Under the pieces are notes generated by a model. It did no database searches and had not been told where the DNA came from. It saw only the letters and a program-made list of their open reading frames with translations. DNA of 63,870 nt, the filler included, from Porpidia crustulata (taxonomy: Eukaryota): the NCBI GenBank assembly GCA_964255105.1. It is 8 parts of 8 records of this genome, joined end to end, with 100 filler letters (N's around TTAATTAATTAA, not from the genome) between each part and the next. Parts side by side here need not be neighbours in the genome. Positions count along the whole stretch, not along the records: positions 1 to 7,910 come from CAXUWE010001214.1; positions 8,011 to 15,920 come from CAXUWE010001215.1; 6 more parts are not named here. One strand, given 5' to 3'. Shown one piece after another: positions 1 to 13,631 of this stretch. Each line of letters begins with the position of its first letter. Position 1 is the stretch's first letter. The position numbers were made by a program, and so were the translations under genes.

Positions 1-2904
1 GTCGGGGAGGGTGTTGGGGGCAGCGGAGGAGGCAGCCATTTTCTGGCGGGTTTTGTCCTGGTGCCATTTCTTGCGCTCTTCCTGCCACCTGATGAGCGCG
101 TCGATTTCCGAAACGGCCGTGGCTTTGTCAATGGTGTGCATGTCGACGGCGCCTTGGAAGAGGGCGTTCATGTCGAGCTTGCCGCCTTTGGGGCCGTGGC
201 GGAGGAATTCGAGGATGCCTTCCAGCCAGCCCATGAGTTGGCCGAAGAGGCCGTTGTCGTGGACGTGGACTTCGTGGACGAATTTGTAGAAATTGTCTTG
301 GTGGCGGGCGCAGAGGTCGATGAAGGATTGGACGGTTTGGTTCGGGTCGGCGGAGACGTCTTGGCGTTGGGCGGCGGTGATGACGGAGATGGCGTCGTCG
401 GCAAAAGAGGCAAAGTCGGTGACGGAGGAATAGACATTTGCAGATTTGTAGACGCGGATGAGAGGCTCGTAGAAGATCGTAAAGAGGTCGCGGAAGAGGT
501 GGAGCGTTACAGGCTGTCTGGGGTCAGTGAGGTTTATGAAAACGCAACAGGAGACGCACTTCTTCAATCACGCTAAGCATCATAGCTTTGTCTCGCTGGC
601 GGGTGTACATTTTGAGAAGCTGCTTCAGGTGGGCAAAGAGTTGAGCGCCTTGCTTCATCTCGTCATCAATCTGATTCAGTTAATTCAGCGTCTTTAGGAT
701 CCAGAAATATGAAACGTACGTTGTCCACGGCGTTGTTCCACGCCACGTAAGCATTGAAAGCTTTGCCAATCTGTTCAGGCTGCAATTCTGGGGATATATG
801 TTCCGAGCGTAGTATGGCAACGATCAGATCGATATCATCCGCTACTGCCTCCGCCCTGACCGTGTTCTTGAGGTCCTCATCAGCGTTACAGAAGCGTTTC
901 AACTTTTCGCAGAAAACAGGATCATCAATTTTAGTGACCAGGGAATCTATAGACTTTTGGAAAGATCTAATTCCATCGTTCAAAGCCATACCAAATACTC
1001 TTTGCGCAAGAGAGCGCGCTCCGAAAGGTTGTGCGAGGAAGAGATCGAGAACTCCACTCATGACTGCTGCAGGATTGGCAAAACGTATGACTTGTTTCAA
1101 TGCGGTATAAGGCAGCATGGAATGTATTCGCTTAGCTTGGGCAAACAACTCTGGAGAATTGTCTTCAGCAAGGAAAAGATGATAAAGAGTTGCGGCAACT
1201 CTATCGTACTGTAAGCGTGGGACTTCAGGGAAATCTTCAGCACACATACTCAATTCGTAACCATTCAGCAAACTTTTTGTACTCTATCGTCAAGTCATCA
1301 ATCTTTTCCTTTTCTTTAATTTCTTTGAATAGATTCGTTAGTCCATCTAAACGCGATTAGCTTCGACATAGATGCTCGTTGCGATCGAGTTGGCATACTC
1401 CTTTCTACTATGTCTCTTCGAAATTTTTCCATATAAACATCAAGCTCCTTTGCTCGCTGCCTTGCAATCTCGTAAAATTGTCTTTGCTCCTCGATCCGCT
1501 TCTCGTCCATCTCCTTTCGTCTCTCAATGTCTCCCATTTCTTCCTCATTCAATTTCACAGGGCGTGCTGTAAGGAATTCTCGCATTGCTCTTGATTGGGA
1601 AATCTGTTCATTCTGGAGGAAAGTTCGTAGGAACGCTCTTAGAGACACTCGTTGATCCTCGCGATACAACGAAAATTTTTCTCTACCGAACTCACCAGAC
1701 GCTCGAGCCGATTCGGTGCTTCGCTGAATTGATGCCGACCGGCGGTGGCCCGAGCCCATACCAATGAGGCTGCGAATTGAAGTACTGTCCTCTGGGGTCG
1801 TTCCCTGCGTCGATATTGAAGATAAAGATGAGGCATCGTCGTCGCCTCCAACTCCTAGTAAGGTGGAAGTTGAGCTCTTATTTTTCCGTGGCAATGGCGC
1901 CAGAACCTTGCCTGGAAACTCTGTGCGAAGACGTTTATGAAGTTTTGCAAAGTCTCCGTAACGCCTTCCTACGAAGATCTCTGGCCTGCCTGCATGCTTG
2001 ACTCGTAGAATAAATTCCTACCTCTATTAGCGATTATGTAGTCAAGATTAACATGTTTTAGATCTTATTACCGCATGCTGATGATATCTCACGGTACGCT
2101 TCACTGATGTCGTCCGCACACCGGCCACGTTTACGTCCCATCCATTGATATGGATGCCTTCTGGCATGTTTACTAGTAAGCCATTTTCATTGGCCCCTCG
2201 ATCCACAACTTCGAGCTCTGAAAAACGTATCCGTTCTTCGTAGCCAGACGCAGTAGGTATACCAGAGACCATCATCAACTCTACCAGTTTCTTAGACTTC
2301 ATTGCCAGCTTGCGTCTCTTCGTTTCTTCGAGCCGATCTTCTGACGACGAAATGTGTTTTTTTGCGAAAGACTCCAGGAACTAGAACTAGTCAGATAAAT
2401 ACGAAGTTGTTCCTCTTGGATATTAACTCTACCATTTGTAATTTGTCTTGCCAAAACTCCTTTTCTCTTGCTTGATCCAGGAATGGGAAATTCCGAACAT
2501 GGTGGACAAAAATGTAGCGCAGTATTGGAAGATCAGAATCGACTGGGGAGACCTCCCCAAACTCAGACTTGAAGGGAGCTCCGAATCGTTGAAGTGCGGT
2601 GGGAGAGGCTAGCTCTGATATTTCAAAATCGACCTGCTGCGATACGAGTTCCCGCTTTAGGTCTTTGCATCGTTAGCAATCAATCCGTCTAGCTCGGAGC
2701 CCTTGACTAACAATGTTCTTGCTTCCCCGTTAAGGTTTGGCTTGACCTTGACACTTTGTCTTTTGTATTTGCAGCGCAGTCTGGTCTAGCTCTTGATGGC
2801 AGAGAAGCCGAGATGAAGGGCTTCGAATTGGAGCTGGTGTCAGGGACATGTTGGATACTACCGTCCAAAGCCTTGACCGGAATTGAATCCCTCTGATCTA
2901 CCAT
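1..2904 (-). CDS. PX domain protein with PX-associated/DUF3818 domains (yeast YPR097W-like); multi-exon, 3' end runs off the contig
   Basis: Spliced exons with GT-AG introns give KRELISQQVDFEI, GIHINGWDVNVAGVRTTSVKRTVRYHQHAEFIL, LYREDQRVSLRAFLRTFLQ, FANPAAVMSGVLDLFLAQPFG and FYEPLIRVYKSANVY. ATG at 2904. Confidence 0.85.
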
Positions 2905-3565
2905 GTTTGTAAGCCGTGACTGTGGAAATATCTTTGGAATCTGGCGGCGCTGGAGAAGGTCTATCTGAAGTATCTCAAGATAATTGATGCTGTCATTTGA
3001 ACATCATCGAGAAAAGCCTGAGTTCATAGGGTGAAAAAGACAGTTGTAGTGATGTTAAGCCCTGAGAAGCATTTATTCTATAAGGTAGGTAGTTGCAAGC
3101 GCTCAACCATATACGACAGAACATGGGAGCAGCAACACCTTCGACGCTACCAACCTCACCCACCAGACCCTGCTGACCACCAATGGTGACCCCTCGATAC
3201 ATCACAGCCTCAATCAAACTACTTGGCTTAGGAGCTCAGCTAGCCGGCATGGCGTGGCGTGCGTGAGGCCCACAGCGGGCTGACTCTCGCCTAAGCCATA
3301 CCTGGATAAGCCTATTCCTTACCCGGACTCCCGGACTTTAGAGCTTGCAGCCCATCTGTCATTTGCAGGGGGCCTTGAACTAAATGCTTCGCGTGCTCCA
3401 GGTTGCTGTTTAAACGCGATACTTTCAAGGAAATATAATAATGTACCCAGATTTGACCGAGTACTATACCCAATAGTGTCAATCTACTAAATACATTGGT
3501 CTTCGTTCCGTCAAATCCGGGACTCGAGTCCACCTCCAAACGTCCAATGATATTCCCAACGAATC

Positions 3566-6500
3566 GTGATGGCTGCAGGCAACATCAAGGTCGTGGTGAG
3601 GGTGAGACCCTTCAATGGCCGCGAATTGGATCGGAGAGCAAAATGTGTCGTGCAAATGAAAGACGCCCAAACCATTCTCGTGCCACCGCCTGAAGCAGAG
3701 GATCGCCTTCGAAAAGGCGGCAAAGGGGCAGATGGCCAGAAGGTGTTCGCATTCGATAAGAGCTACTGGTCCTTTAATCGTGATGATCCTCATTTCGCAG
3801 GGCAAGAAGACCTGTTCAAGGATCTGGGTGCGCCCCTGTTAGACAATGCGTTTCAGGGCTATAACAACTGTATCTTTGCATATGGGCAGACGGGCTCCGG
3901 AAAATCATATTCGATGATGGGTTATGGTGAAGAGACTGGAGTCATTCCTAGAATTTGCCAAGACATGTTTGAAAGGATTACAGATATGCAGAAGGACTCG
4001 AATCTCACGTATACTGTTGAAGTGTCATACTTGGAAATCTACAACGAGCGAGTCCGGGATTTGCTCAATCCGTCGACTAAGGGCAACTTGAAGGTTCGAG
4101 AGCATCCATCGACTGGACCGTATGTTGAAGATCTCGCAAAACTGGTAGTCAGGTCGTTCCATGAGATCCAGCATCTTATGGACGAGGGCAATAAAGCTAG
4201 GACTGTGGCAGCGACAAGCATGAACGAAACATCCAGTCGATCTCATGCAGTCTTTACCCTGACTGTTACCCAGAGGAGGCATGACGTTGAGACCCGCATG
4301 GACACCGAGAAGGTAGCGAAGATCAGTCTTGTCGACCTCGCTGGTTCCGAAAGAGCTACATCAACAGGAGCAACAGGTGCACGGCTGAAGGAAGGCGCTG
4401 AAATCAATCGCTCTTTATCGACTCTTGGTCGTGTCATTGCCGCTCTAGCAGAGCTATCTACGGGGAAAAAGAAGAACATGTCAATGGTCCCTTACCGTGA
4501 CTCTGTCCTAACATGGCTACTCAAAGACTCGCTTGGTGGAAACTCAATGACCGCTATGATCGCTGCAATTTCACCCGCTGATATCAACTTTGAAGAGACT
4601 CTTAGCACATTGCGATACGCCGACTCCGCGAAACGTATCAAGAATCATGCCGTCGTCAATGAGGATCCAAATGCTCGTATGATTCGGGAGCTGAAGGAAG
4701 AGTTGGCTCAGCTCAGGTCGAAGCTCAGTGGCGGAGGCACCTCAGGCGGAATCGCCGAAGAACAATACGCTCCTGATACTCCGCTGGATAAGCAAATCGT
4801 GTCAATCACTCAGAGCGATGGTAGTATCAAGAAAGTCTCGAAGGCCGATATTGCAGAGCAGCTTAACCAGTCCGAGAAGTTGTATGAGGATTTGAATCAA
4901 ACGTGGGAAGAAAAGCTCCAAAAGACGGAACAGATACATAAGGAACGAGAGGCTGCGCTCGAAGAACTTGGTATCAGTATAGAAAAGGGATTTGTCGGGC
5001 TCTCTACCCCGAAGAAAATGCCGCATCTCGTGAATTTATCTGATGATCCGTTGCTTGCAGAATGTTTGGTATATAACTTGAAACCTGGAACAACGGCCGT
5101 TGGTAACGCCGAAGATTCGAGCACTTCATCAGAAATTCGTCTCAATGGATCGAAGATTCTACGCGACCATTGTACATTCGAGAACGTTGACGGGCTCGTC
5201 ACGCTTATCCCAAAGGATGGTGCTGCGGTAATGGTAAACGGACTTCGTGTTGATAGGCCAGAAAGACTTCGAAGTGGATGTCGCGTTATACTAGGAGACT
5301 TTCACATCTTTAGATTCAACCATCCGCAAGAAGCTCGTGCCGAACGAAAGGAACAAAGCTTACTGAGACATGCTATCATAAGTAGTCAACTTGGCTCGCC
5401 TGCCGCAAGACCAGGCCACGGCCGAACGATAAGCAGGCCTGATTGGGACTTAGATGGAGACACCAGTAGATCAGAATCTCCCGCGCCTTTCCGGAACGGG
5501 CGCGACTCGGACTGGTCATACGCACGTAGAGAAGCTGCATCGGCCATTCTTGGTCCTGACTTGAAGATTGCCAACTTGACAGACGAGGAGTTAGATACGC
5601 TCTTTGACGATGTGCAGCGAGCGAGAGCCATCCGAAAAGGTCGACCTGAATCGAGGCTGAATGGACCAGATGACGAGGATTATGAATCGGTCAGCTCTTA
5701 CCCCGTTCGGGAGAAATACATGTCCAATGGAACCATCGACAATTTGTCGTTAGACACCGCTATCAGCTTACCAAGTAGCCCACCGCAGGATACCAGTGAT
5801 GGTTTCCGCAGCGAGGACGACACAATAAGACAGACACGCGAAGATATGCGGGAGCAGCTGCAAAAGCAGAAGGAAGACTTTCAGCAGAAGCTCAAAGTCG
5901 CTGAGGCGTCTTCAACACACAATGCAGACGAGCTGAGGCTGGAAAAGGAACGGATGGAGAGCGCCTTGAAAGCTAGTAGGGACAACCTCAAGGCACAATT
6001 AGAACAGCAAAAGGAGGCATTTAATAAACAGCTAAAGGAGATGAAAAAGTCTAGCTCCCCAAGGATTACCAAGGATGGTTTTACAGACGTTCCAGAGGAA
6101 GAGAAACGCATTGCCAGACTCGCTGCAGGTAGGTGGCGCCAACTGAGATTTGTACGATTGGCGGAATTGATCCTCCAGCACTCAGCGGCTTTAAAAGAGG
6201 CCCAGCTTATGAGCCAAGCCATGGATAAAAACATATTTTTCCAATTCACCGTTGTCGGCGAAGGACAAGGTGTAGGTTCGTCGTACGACGAGATCCTAAG
6301 CGGCATTTCAGGGGATGAGGATGATGCACTCCAGAATTCTGCCAAACCTTGCATTGCAGTCCGAGTCATTGACTATCGGTATACGGTCATTCATCTGTGG
6401 TCGTTGGAGAAACTAGAACAGCGCATTGACGCTATGCGGCAGATGATTCAATATCTTAATCGGCCGGAGTATCTCCAACATTTTCAGCTCGAGAACCCCT

Positions 6501-7910
6501 TTATTGAACCTTGTTTACCACAGTTTTCCGTGATTGGCGAGGCCAACGTGCCTCTGATAGCAGTACTCGAAGCGCGCGTACACGATTATTCCCTTGAAGT
6601 TGTATCCACCTATACTCTGGAAACAGTAGGCATGATCAAGCTCTCTCTTGAACCATCCTCTGCTCATGCGCCTTCTTCTATGATCAAATTCAACGTTGTC
6701 ATGCACGAGATGACGGGTTTTGCGGAGCGTGAAGGATCTGAATTTCATGCCAAGATATTTATACCTGGAATCAGTGAGGACGGAGGAGCAACAACGACGC
6801 AGATGATAGGAGACTTTGACGAAGATCCGATAAAATTTGAGAGTGTTCATAGCATGATTCTGCCACTTAACGCACCGCACACCGCAGCTCTGCGCATTGC
6901 GCTCTATGCAAGAGTAACTCCTATGCACTTGGATAAGCTGATCAGCTGGGATGAAATGCGCGAGTCCGCAGAACAAGATCTCAGGAAGGCTCAGCAGCGA
7001 GGTCGTACGCGGATATCGGAGAACGAATACTACGTACAAGAACAACATGACGTATTTGCAAAGACGCGTATATTGGAAATGTCTGAAGCAGGGGAGTATT
7101 TATCGGTAGAAGTGGACCAACATGACAATCTCGATCCAGGGACTTTTCAACTGCACCAAGGTCTTCAGAGAAGACTCATCGTCCACCTCAACTATTCCTC
7201 AAGCGAATCGATGCAATGGAATGAAGTCAAGTCAATACGGGTAGGAAACATCCGACTCGTCGAACCTGGCGCTTCGCCACCGCAGTCCGTTCAGCCTGCT
7301 CCAGGCTTACCGCTGAAAATGTTGCATGATTCAAATATCCAAGAGGACGCTAACGGAGCCAAAGGCATTACCATTAATGCACAGTGGGATTCAAGTCTTC
7401 ACGGATCATCCCTCCTCGACCGTCCCACTGCAGAAAATTACACAGTTCACCTTACCGTCTCCGTCGAAATCCTGTCCCCCCGAATCGGCACCCCAATGCT
7501 TTTTTCCTACAATCAAGCCCTCCAAATCCGCCCCCGTTCCTGGCTTCGACCCCAATCAATGTTTAAACAATTCTGGAAAAGCACTCGCGTCGTCCACTCA
7601 ACCTCCCAAATCTTTTCCGTCGATCTGAAACCCGCATCACCCAGTCGCGCCATTGACATCTGGCGCATGGACAGCCAGCACACGTACGTCAAGGGCGAAG
7701 AAAATCTTGCGCAGTGGAAACCCAGAGGTATCAGCTTGATACGTGATTACATCAAAGCCCAGCAGCGCCGGCAACTTATCGTAGACGTTGAAAATACGCG
7801 CCTATTCCTCAGCCGCCACAACCCTGCCTCCAAAGCACCCCTCCACAGCGACGATCCACAAGTCCTCCTCCAGAAATGTCTCACTCTCTGGACATCCTCC
7901 CCAACTTCCC
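3566..7910 (+). CDS. uncA: Kinesin-3 (Unc104/KIF1A, UncA-like) motor; C-terminus with expected PH domain cut off by the contig end
   Basis: Motor motifs GQTGSGKS, SSRSH and DLAGSE; PHLVNLSDDPLLAECLVYNLKPG followed by an FHA domain (ILGDFHIFRFNHP); FQLHQGLQRR. One uninterrupted ORF of over 1400 aa. Confidence 0.95.
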
Positions 7911-8010
7911 NNNNNNNNNNNNNNNNNNNNNNNNNNNNNNNNNNNNNNNNNNNNTTAATTAATTAANNNNNNNNNNNNNNNNNNNNNNNNNNNNNNNNNN
8001 NNNNNNNNNN
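7911..8010. other. Artificial contig linker N44-TTAATTAATTAA-N44
   Basis: Identical 100-nt spacer with stops in all six frames, present seven times in the window. Confidence 0.98.
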
Positions 8011-10017
8011 CATCTTCCTACTCGTTCCACATCTCTTCACGCTATTTTGTCCGGCGGTCCCAGCAATCAGCATAATCCCTGGGTCGACGCCTTTCACCAT
8101 CGAGAAATCCGTACTCAATCGTGATAGGCTACAGATCTCTATTCCTGGCGCCATACCATCGCCTTTAAATCTCATCCTCGTCACTGCGGCACCATCTTCA
8201 GGTTGTTGGTGGTGATTCCATAGGGCTCACAGAGCAAGGTGCCTTTGGGAGCACTAATTGACCTATATTAAAAGATATGGAGATGCTCGGAGCACTCGGT
8301 CTGAAATTACCTTAAATCCATACTCCTTTCGGATCCTTCGGAACTCGACGCAGCCTCAACTCGACGATGCACCGTTCACCTATCGATATAGTAGTCTTAG
8401 TAGGACTGATGCAGGAATTGCTGCCACAATGTGCGAAATCTCCTATTGGGCATCCATGGAATTAACTGGAACCGGCTCCATCAGGTGCGATGTGTATTGC
8501 GAGATTGATAGCATGATGTGCATATCTTCTCACTGCGGCGACAGTAAACTTTAAAACATGCCGTTCGATCCGATTTTCAAGGTATTCAGGACTGAAAAGG
8601 TAACTTAGACGCTTTGAATTGGAAGACCGCCTGCGTTGAATGGCGTCAAACTATACAAGTCTTGGCAACATCGATCATGGATGGAAAGGATACAGTATCA
8701 GTGAGTTTTAGATTGCGCACCTCCTCTTATACTGCATACTCATCATTTTAAACGCCATTCGACTGCTTTATATACTTTAAGCTACTCTGCTGCCAGTGTC
8801 ATACGATGATAAGAGTCCAAGCTTCCTGCAGCTAGCAGCGCTGACGGACCGTTACCCCACAGAGCAGACAATCAGGACCAAGCCTGCATACAAACAACCC
8901 TAAACTCATCTACCTCCATCCGCATGTGAACTTTGGAGTCTTCCTTCACACCCAAGCCCAAAGCCTCAAGTCTCACTCCTACGTCCTTGAAGTGCAAACT
9001 TCATCGTTCATACTGGTCTCTAGCTCTATGTCTCTTTTCAGAATCGATTTCAATCTGACCGTGTTGGACTTTGGCAATCGTCTGTATTCTGGATCTCGTA
9101 AAAGATAGATCATATTAACGGAGCTTCCTCCGGTTTAGAGATCCTCCAGGCTGGTCGCTGCGCACTGTCATATCTTCCACCTCGACTTTGTAATGTCTAT
9201 TACAGTCTATTATCCTCGCCCAGGATTCATGATTAAGTGATGATTCCTTCACAAGATTCTTCTGTCATGTGAGTTGCGAGAGAGATTCCTTTGCAAATGA
9301 GTCGTCTGTATTGACACCGGTTAGTCCCTGCAAAGTAGGCTATGTCATGTCTATAGCTCGCCACTTTTCTATAACTCTATTACTGCCTACACTAAATATC
9401 ATTGCGTGCTTTCTTTGCATAAAACCACATGAGGTATGTCATTGATAACACTTTTACATGTATGACATATCTCGATTCGAAGGGACTCCCTGCTACTCAA
9501 TATTCTCATCCACTTTCAGGTTCAAACCCACTTTTCTCCCCATATCAACCTTCTCCCTATGGCTCTCAGTCAGCAACACATTGGCTCCTATGATAGTGAT
9601 GTCTTCACGTCTTTCGATGTCTAATTTCAGACCACGAAAAATCCTTGACCTTCACTCAGGAACTTCAAATGGCGAAGCCAACTCCTGTGCTACTGCCTAC
9701 CCTCTTGATTATTCCAAGGGATTATTTCCTTGAGGAGAGATATATACTCGATGGGCAGATTGAACTCGAAGTCTTCCTCGCAAAGTGACAGATCAAGACG
9801 TCCTGGTTGTGTCTAATGACCAACAGGATCGACGTTCTGACTGCCACAGGTGTTTGGCAACTTATCAGTCTCCAAAGCCGCTGACAAAAACCATATCAAC
9901 GAGAATATGAGACCAGAAACGCAACAAGACCAGACTCGAAGGAGCGTCTAAAGTACGAGACGATCATTGCACCTCAGAATCCCGTTCATCAATACACAGA
10001 GTCCTTAGTCCCCAGCC

Positions 10018-10729
10018 CTAGAAATCCTGCACACCCGTCTGCCCCCGCAACACCTCCTCCGCCTCATCCTCCCCCTTGGCACCAATAACCCACCTTGGCT
10101 CCTCCTCCTCAAACCACCTCTCCTCCACCTCCCTCTCCTCCGTTCCCCGATCATCAAACTCTTCGCTCTCATCCACACCACCATACTCAAATTCCGCATC
10201 CTGCCCCCTCAAAAACCTCATCTCCATCTCCCGCCGCCATATCTCCATACCTTCATCTTTGCAGCTCGGCACCTCGTCCTCGGTCTCCGGCACAATCTCC
10301 CCGCGTTCGTCCCGTTTCGTCGACGACTGGTTCGCCAGTGCTTGCAGCTTGGCTTCCGACCGCCACAGGTCGGCTTCGAGGGTGCCGGAGTAGCCCTTCT
10401 TGCGGCCGTCGGCTTCGCGCTCGGAGGGGGTTTGGAAGCGCCGGATTAGGCGGTCGTAGGCGAGAGGGTCTTGGAGGGAATCAGTGATACGCTTGGAGTG
10501 TCTCTTATTGCATTGAATTCAGACCTGCGAGCTCGAGGGACGGAGAGGAGAAGTAGGCGGGGTGAGTATCTAGGTAGCGTTTCCGCCGGTTCTTGACTTT
10601 GATGCGGGCGGTCGTTGCCGGGGATTTCGATCGCGGCTTAGCCGCCTGTAGGCGTGTCTCGGTTGTGACATGCTCATCCTCGTTGTGCTCATTTGGATAA
10701 GGGGAGGTGGGTGTAGGTGGGCTGGACAT
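10018..10729 (-). CDS. CCDC97-like (DUF2052) protein, two exons
   Basis: KNRRKRYLDTHPAYFSSPSLELA, intron 10524-10470, then DPLAYDRLIRRFQTPSEREADGRKKGYSG ... FLRGQDAEFEYGGVDESEEFDD ... GQTGVQDF*. The start codon is a best guess. Confidence 0.8.
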
Positions 10730-11043
10730 GGAAGTGGTGGGGTTTGGGGATGACGCCTTGCGGCACAAAGGTCAGGCGCGCGGAATCGCCCCGCTGCAGC
10801 TCCTTTGAACTTCCATTCTTCATTCTTTGTTTATGTCTATCAAATTTGCGAATTTCTTGCAATCCGCACGAGAGCTTGTAAGAATCAAACCTTTCACAAG
10901 GTACTGACGCATCATCCCTAATTGTTGAATCCTGACAAGGTGGCCTTTCCAACAATGCAAGAATAGCAACACACTCATTGGCCTAGCGACCATCCGATAG
11001 AAGTGCTCATGGTTTTGCGTGAAACAAGACAGCTGAACCCAGG

Positions 11044-12896
11044 ATGCCTGCACGTCGTACAACGCGTGTCAAAGCTGCAAGAGAGCACAAGGCGCCGGAA
11101 AGCCAACATGTCGGAGTACCGACGAGCACGATCCAGACCCAGGTCTTGCAATCAAGCCTGAAAGCCGTTGGACTTTTAACCCTTGCTGCTGTCTTCTCAA
11201 CAATCTCTCAGATTTCACTGTCTCCAGTATATGGTTCTATCCCCCCTTCAGCTTACCATTCACATGTAACGGCTGCTGCGATTGTCATGCCTTGGGTAGC
11301 AATCCGGAGGCTGCCCCGTCACTTATCAAAGAAGGCCCTCGGTTTCCTGCCCATCCTGGCCTTTTTAGTGCCAACCATACAATCTGTGCTCTCGAAGTAT
11401 AGCGGCCAACTTGGGCCTGTGTATGGCCCAGTGATTACAGAGCTCCTGACTTATTTTCTCCTCGTCTTCATCTCTGTATTGGGTGTGGCAGTGTTTCTTG
11501 AGAATATCGACTGGAGGCGGAAAGCTGGCGACACCTTACCTGCAGTCGCTTTTTATGGCTTCTTCACAGTCATTCAGAAAGCCTCGAAGCACTTTATAAT
11601 ACGGAAAATGGGTTCCAGCATGATTTTTACCCGTTCTGGGCTGCAATTTATGACTGCCGTTTGCTATGCATTACTTTTGCCATCTAGAGTGATAGTCTTT
11701 GCAGTATTGCCGATGTTTCATTCTGCTGTGTACAACCCTCACCTGCCCCTTTCGCAAAATTTGAACGCGCTTAACACAACTTTACAAGCCCATGGCTACT
11801 CGATCGTGGCTCGTCAGGAGTCAGTCACTGGCTATATCTCGGTACTTGACAACGTCAAGGATGGTTTTCGAGTATTGCGATGCGATCATAGTCTTCTCGG
11901 CGGAGAGTGGCTGCATCAACAAGAAAACCCCAGCTCGAAAGTGAGAGAGCCGATTTATGCGATTTTCGTCATGCTTGAAGCTGTCAGGCTAATCGAATCT
12001 CCAACTATGACATCCCAAACCGTTGCTCTAGACAGCGAAAAGCGCGCACTAGTCATGTCAGGCTCTCTGGTCTTTCATAAATTTGGACTCCTACTAACGA
12101 TCTGATTTCAGCGGCCTCGGCATTGGCACAACACCATCCGCACTCATTGCTCATGGGATCCACACCACCATAATAGAAATTGACCCAGTGGTTCACAAGT
12201 TTGCTACGAAATATTTTGGTCTTCCAACGAATCAAACGTCAGTCATCGAGGACGCCGTAAGTTTCGTTGATAGGGCACAGACGCAAAACCCCCAGCGTTA
12301 TGCTTACCACTACATCATCCACGATGTATTTACTGGTGGGGCAGAACCAGTCGAATTATTCACGGAAGAATTTCTCCAAGGCTTGAGCCACATGCTCGCA
12401 CCTGAGGGAGTTATTGCCATAGTGAGTAAAACCATCCTCCGTTTGCTGTAGAATCGCGTACTCATCAAGCTAGAACTACGCTGGGGATCTACTTTCCCCA
12501 TCCGCTCGATGTGTGGTCCGCACTGCAAAATCTGTGTTCCCTAGCTGTCGCTTGTTCCGCGAAGATGTTGGACCCGGCACGCTCTCGGGTTCGAGCAATG
12601 AATCAACAAGTAAGGACTTCACCAACATGGTCATGTTCTGTCGTAAGGAGGGGCTGTTCACCTTCCGAAGCCCAGTAGAGGCCGACTACCTGGGTAGTCA
12701 AGCGCGAAGATACCATCTATTACCGCAATATGAAATAGAAGCCAGCTATTTTGACCATAGGGCGACTGATGGGGAATTTGGTATACTCAAAAGAGGGCAG
12801 ACGCAAAAACTAGAGACCCTCCAAAGGGAAAGCGCTATTGGGCATTGGAAAATCATGAGGACTGTTCTACCAGATGTTATTTGGGAAAATTGGTAG
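11044..12896 (+). CDS. Membrane-anchored spermidine-synthase-like SAM-dependent methyltransferase, three exons
   Basis: Hydrophobic multi-TM N-terminus, then ARQESVTGYISVLDN, LRCDHSLLGGEW, spliced LVIGLGIG (motif I), EIDPVVH, YIIHDVFTGG and FTNMVMFC. Confidence 0.85.
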
Positions 12897-13631
12897 ATAA
12901 ACAGTATCATAGATGTTGAATGAGGCCCTTCCACCATTGATTATGGCATTGCGGAATATCCTCGGATATATTTGTAATTCAGATATCTACGTGCCTGTGG
13001 ACGAATGAAGTTTGGACTAAAGTGGACGCATACAAATGAGTTCTAACTTAAACCGAGGAACCCCGTATGGTATAGGATCTCTGTTAGGCCAATGCCCTGA
13101 AAAAGTGGGAATTGGAAGTTTGGAAATTGGAGAAAATTCCTATGAAGATGTTTGATCTGCGTAGGGATTAAAACCTGCAACGCAAGTGTTGGGATCTTGC
13201 CAATAATCGACAAGCCGTTTTGATGGCGAAAATCAAGAAACGCCCCATGCATGTGGCAGCCGGTGGAAATTGAAGACGCCTTTTTTTCATTGGCATACTA
13301 CTCGCTGTATCTTTATCCACTCGTTCAATTATTGATGTGGAATTGTGAATGTAGATAAGACATGTCAGACGTGTGTTGCAAACTGCAGTAATATATATTC
13401 CAGACTCTACATATGTACACTTCGTCACTTCCTCAAGTTACTTGCAGCCAGTGATACCAGATCTAGTTCGTCACACTCCCGCAGGACAGGTGCTTGCAAG
13501 GACCAAGTAGCACTTCCCTCTCCTCACTACTGTAAATAGCCTCTCTTCAGAAAATGCTTCTGGAATCATGATGCCACAATCCTCCGTGTCACCACGACAC
13601 TAAACAAGTGTGGTCGAAGCGGGACAACATC

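Noticed and set aside
11..576. Plus-strand ORFs here, and similar ones at 32045-32842, 48066-48583 and 56057-56914
   Set aside because: They are antisense shadows of GC-rich real genes on the other strand.
7955..7966. TTAATTAATTAA recurring about every 8 kb as a biological repeat
   Set aside because: It is always centred in N runs of identical length, so it is an assembly spacer.
8011..10000. Possible gene or kinesin continuation after the first linker
   Set aside because: It is on a different contig, and has only short ORFs with no PH-domain or other recognisable motif.
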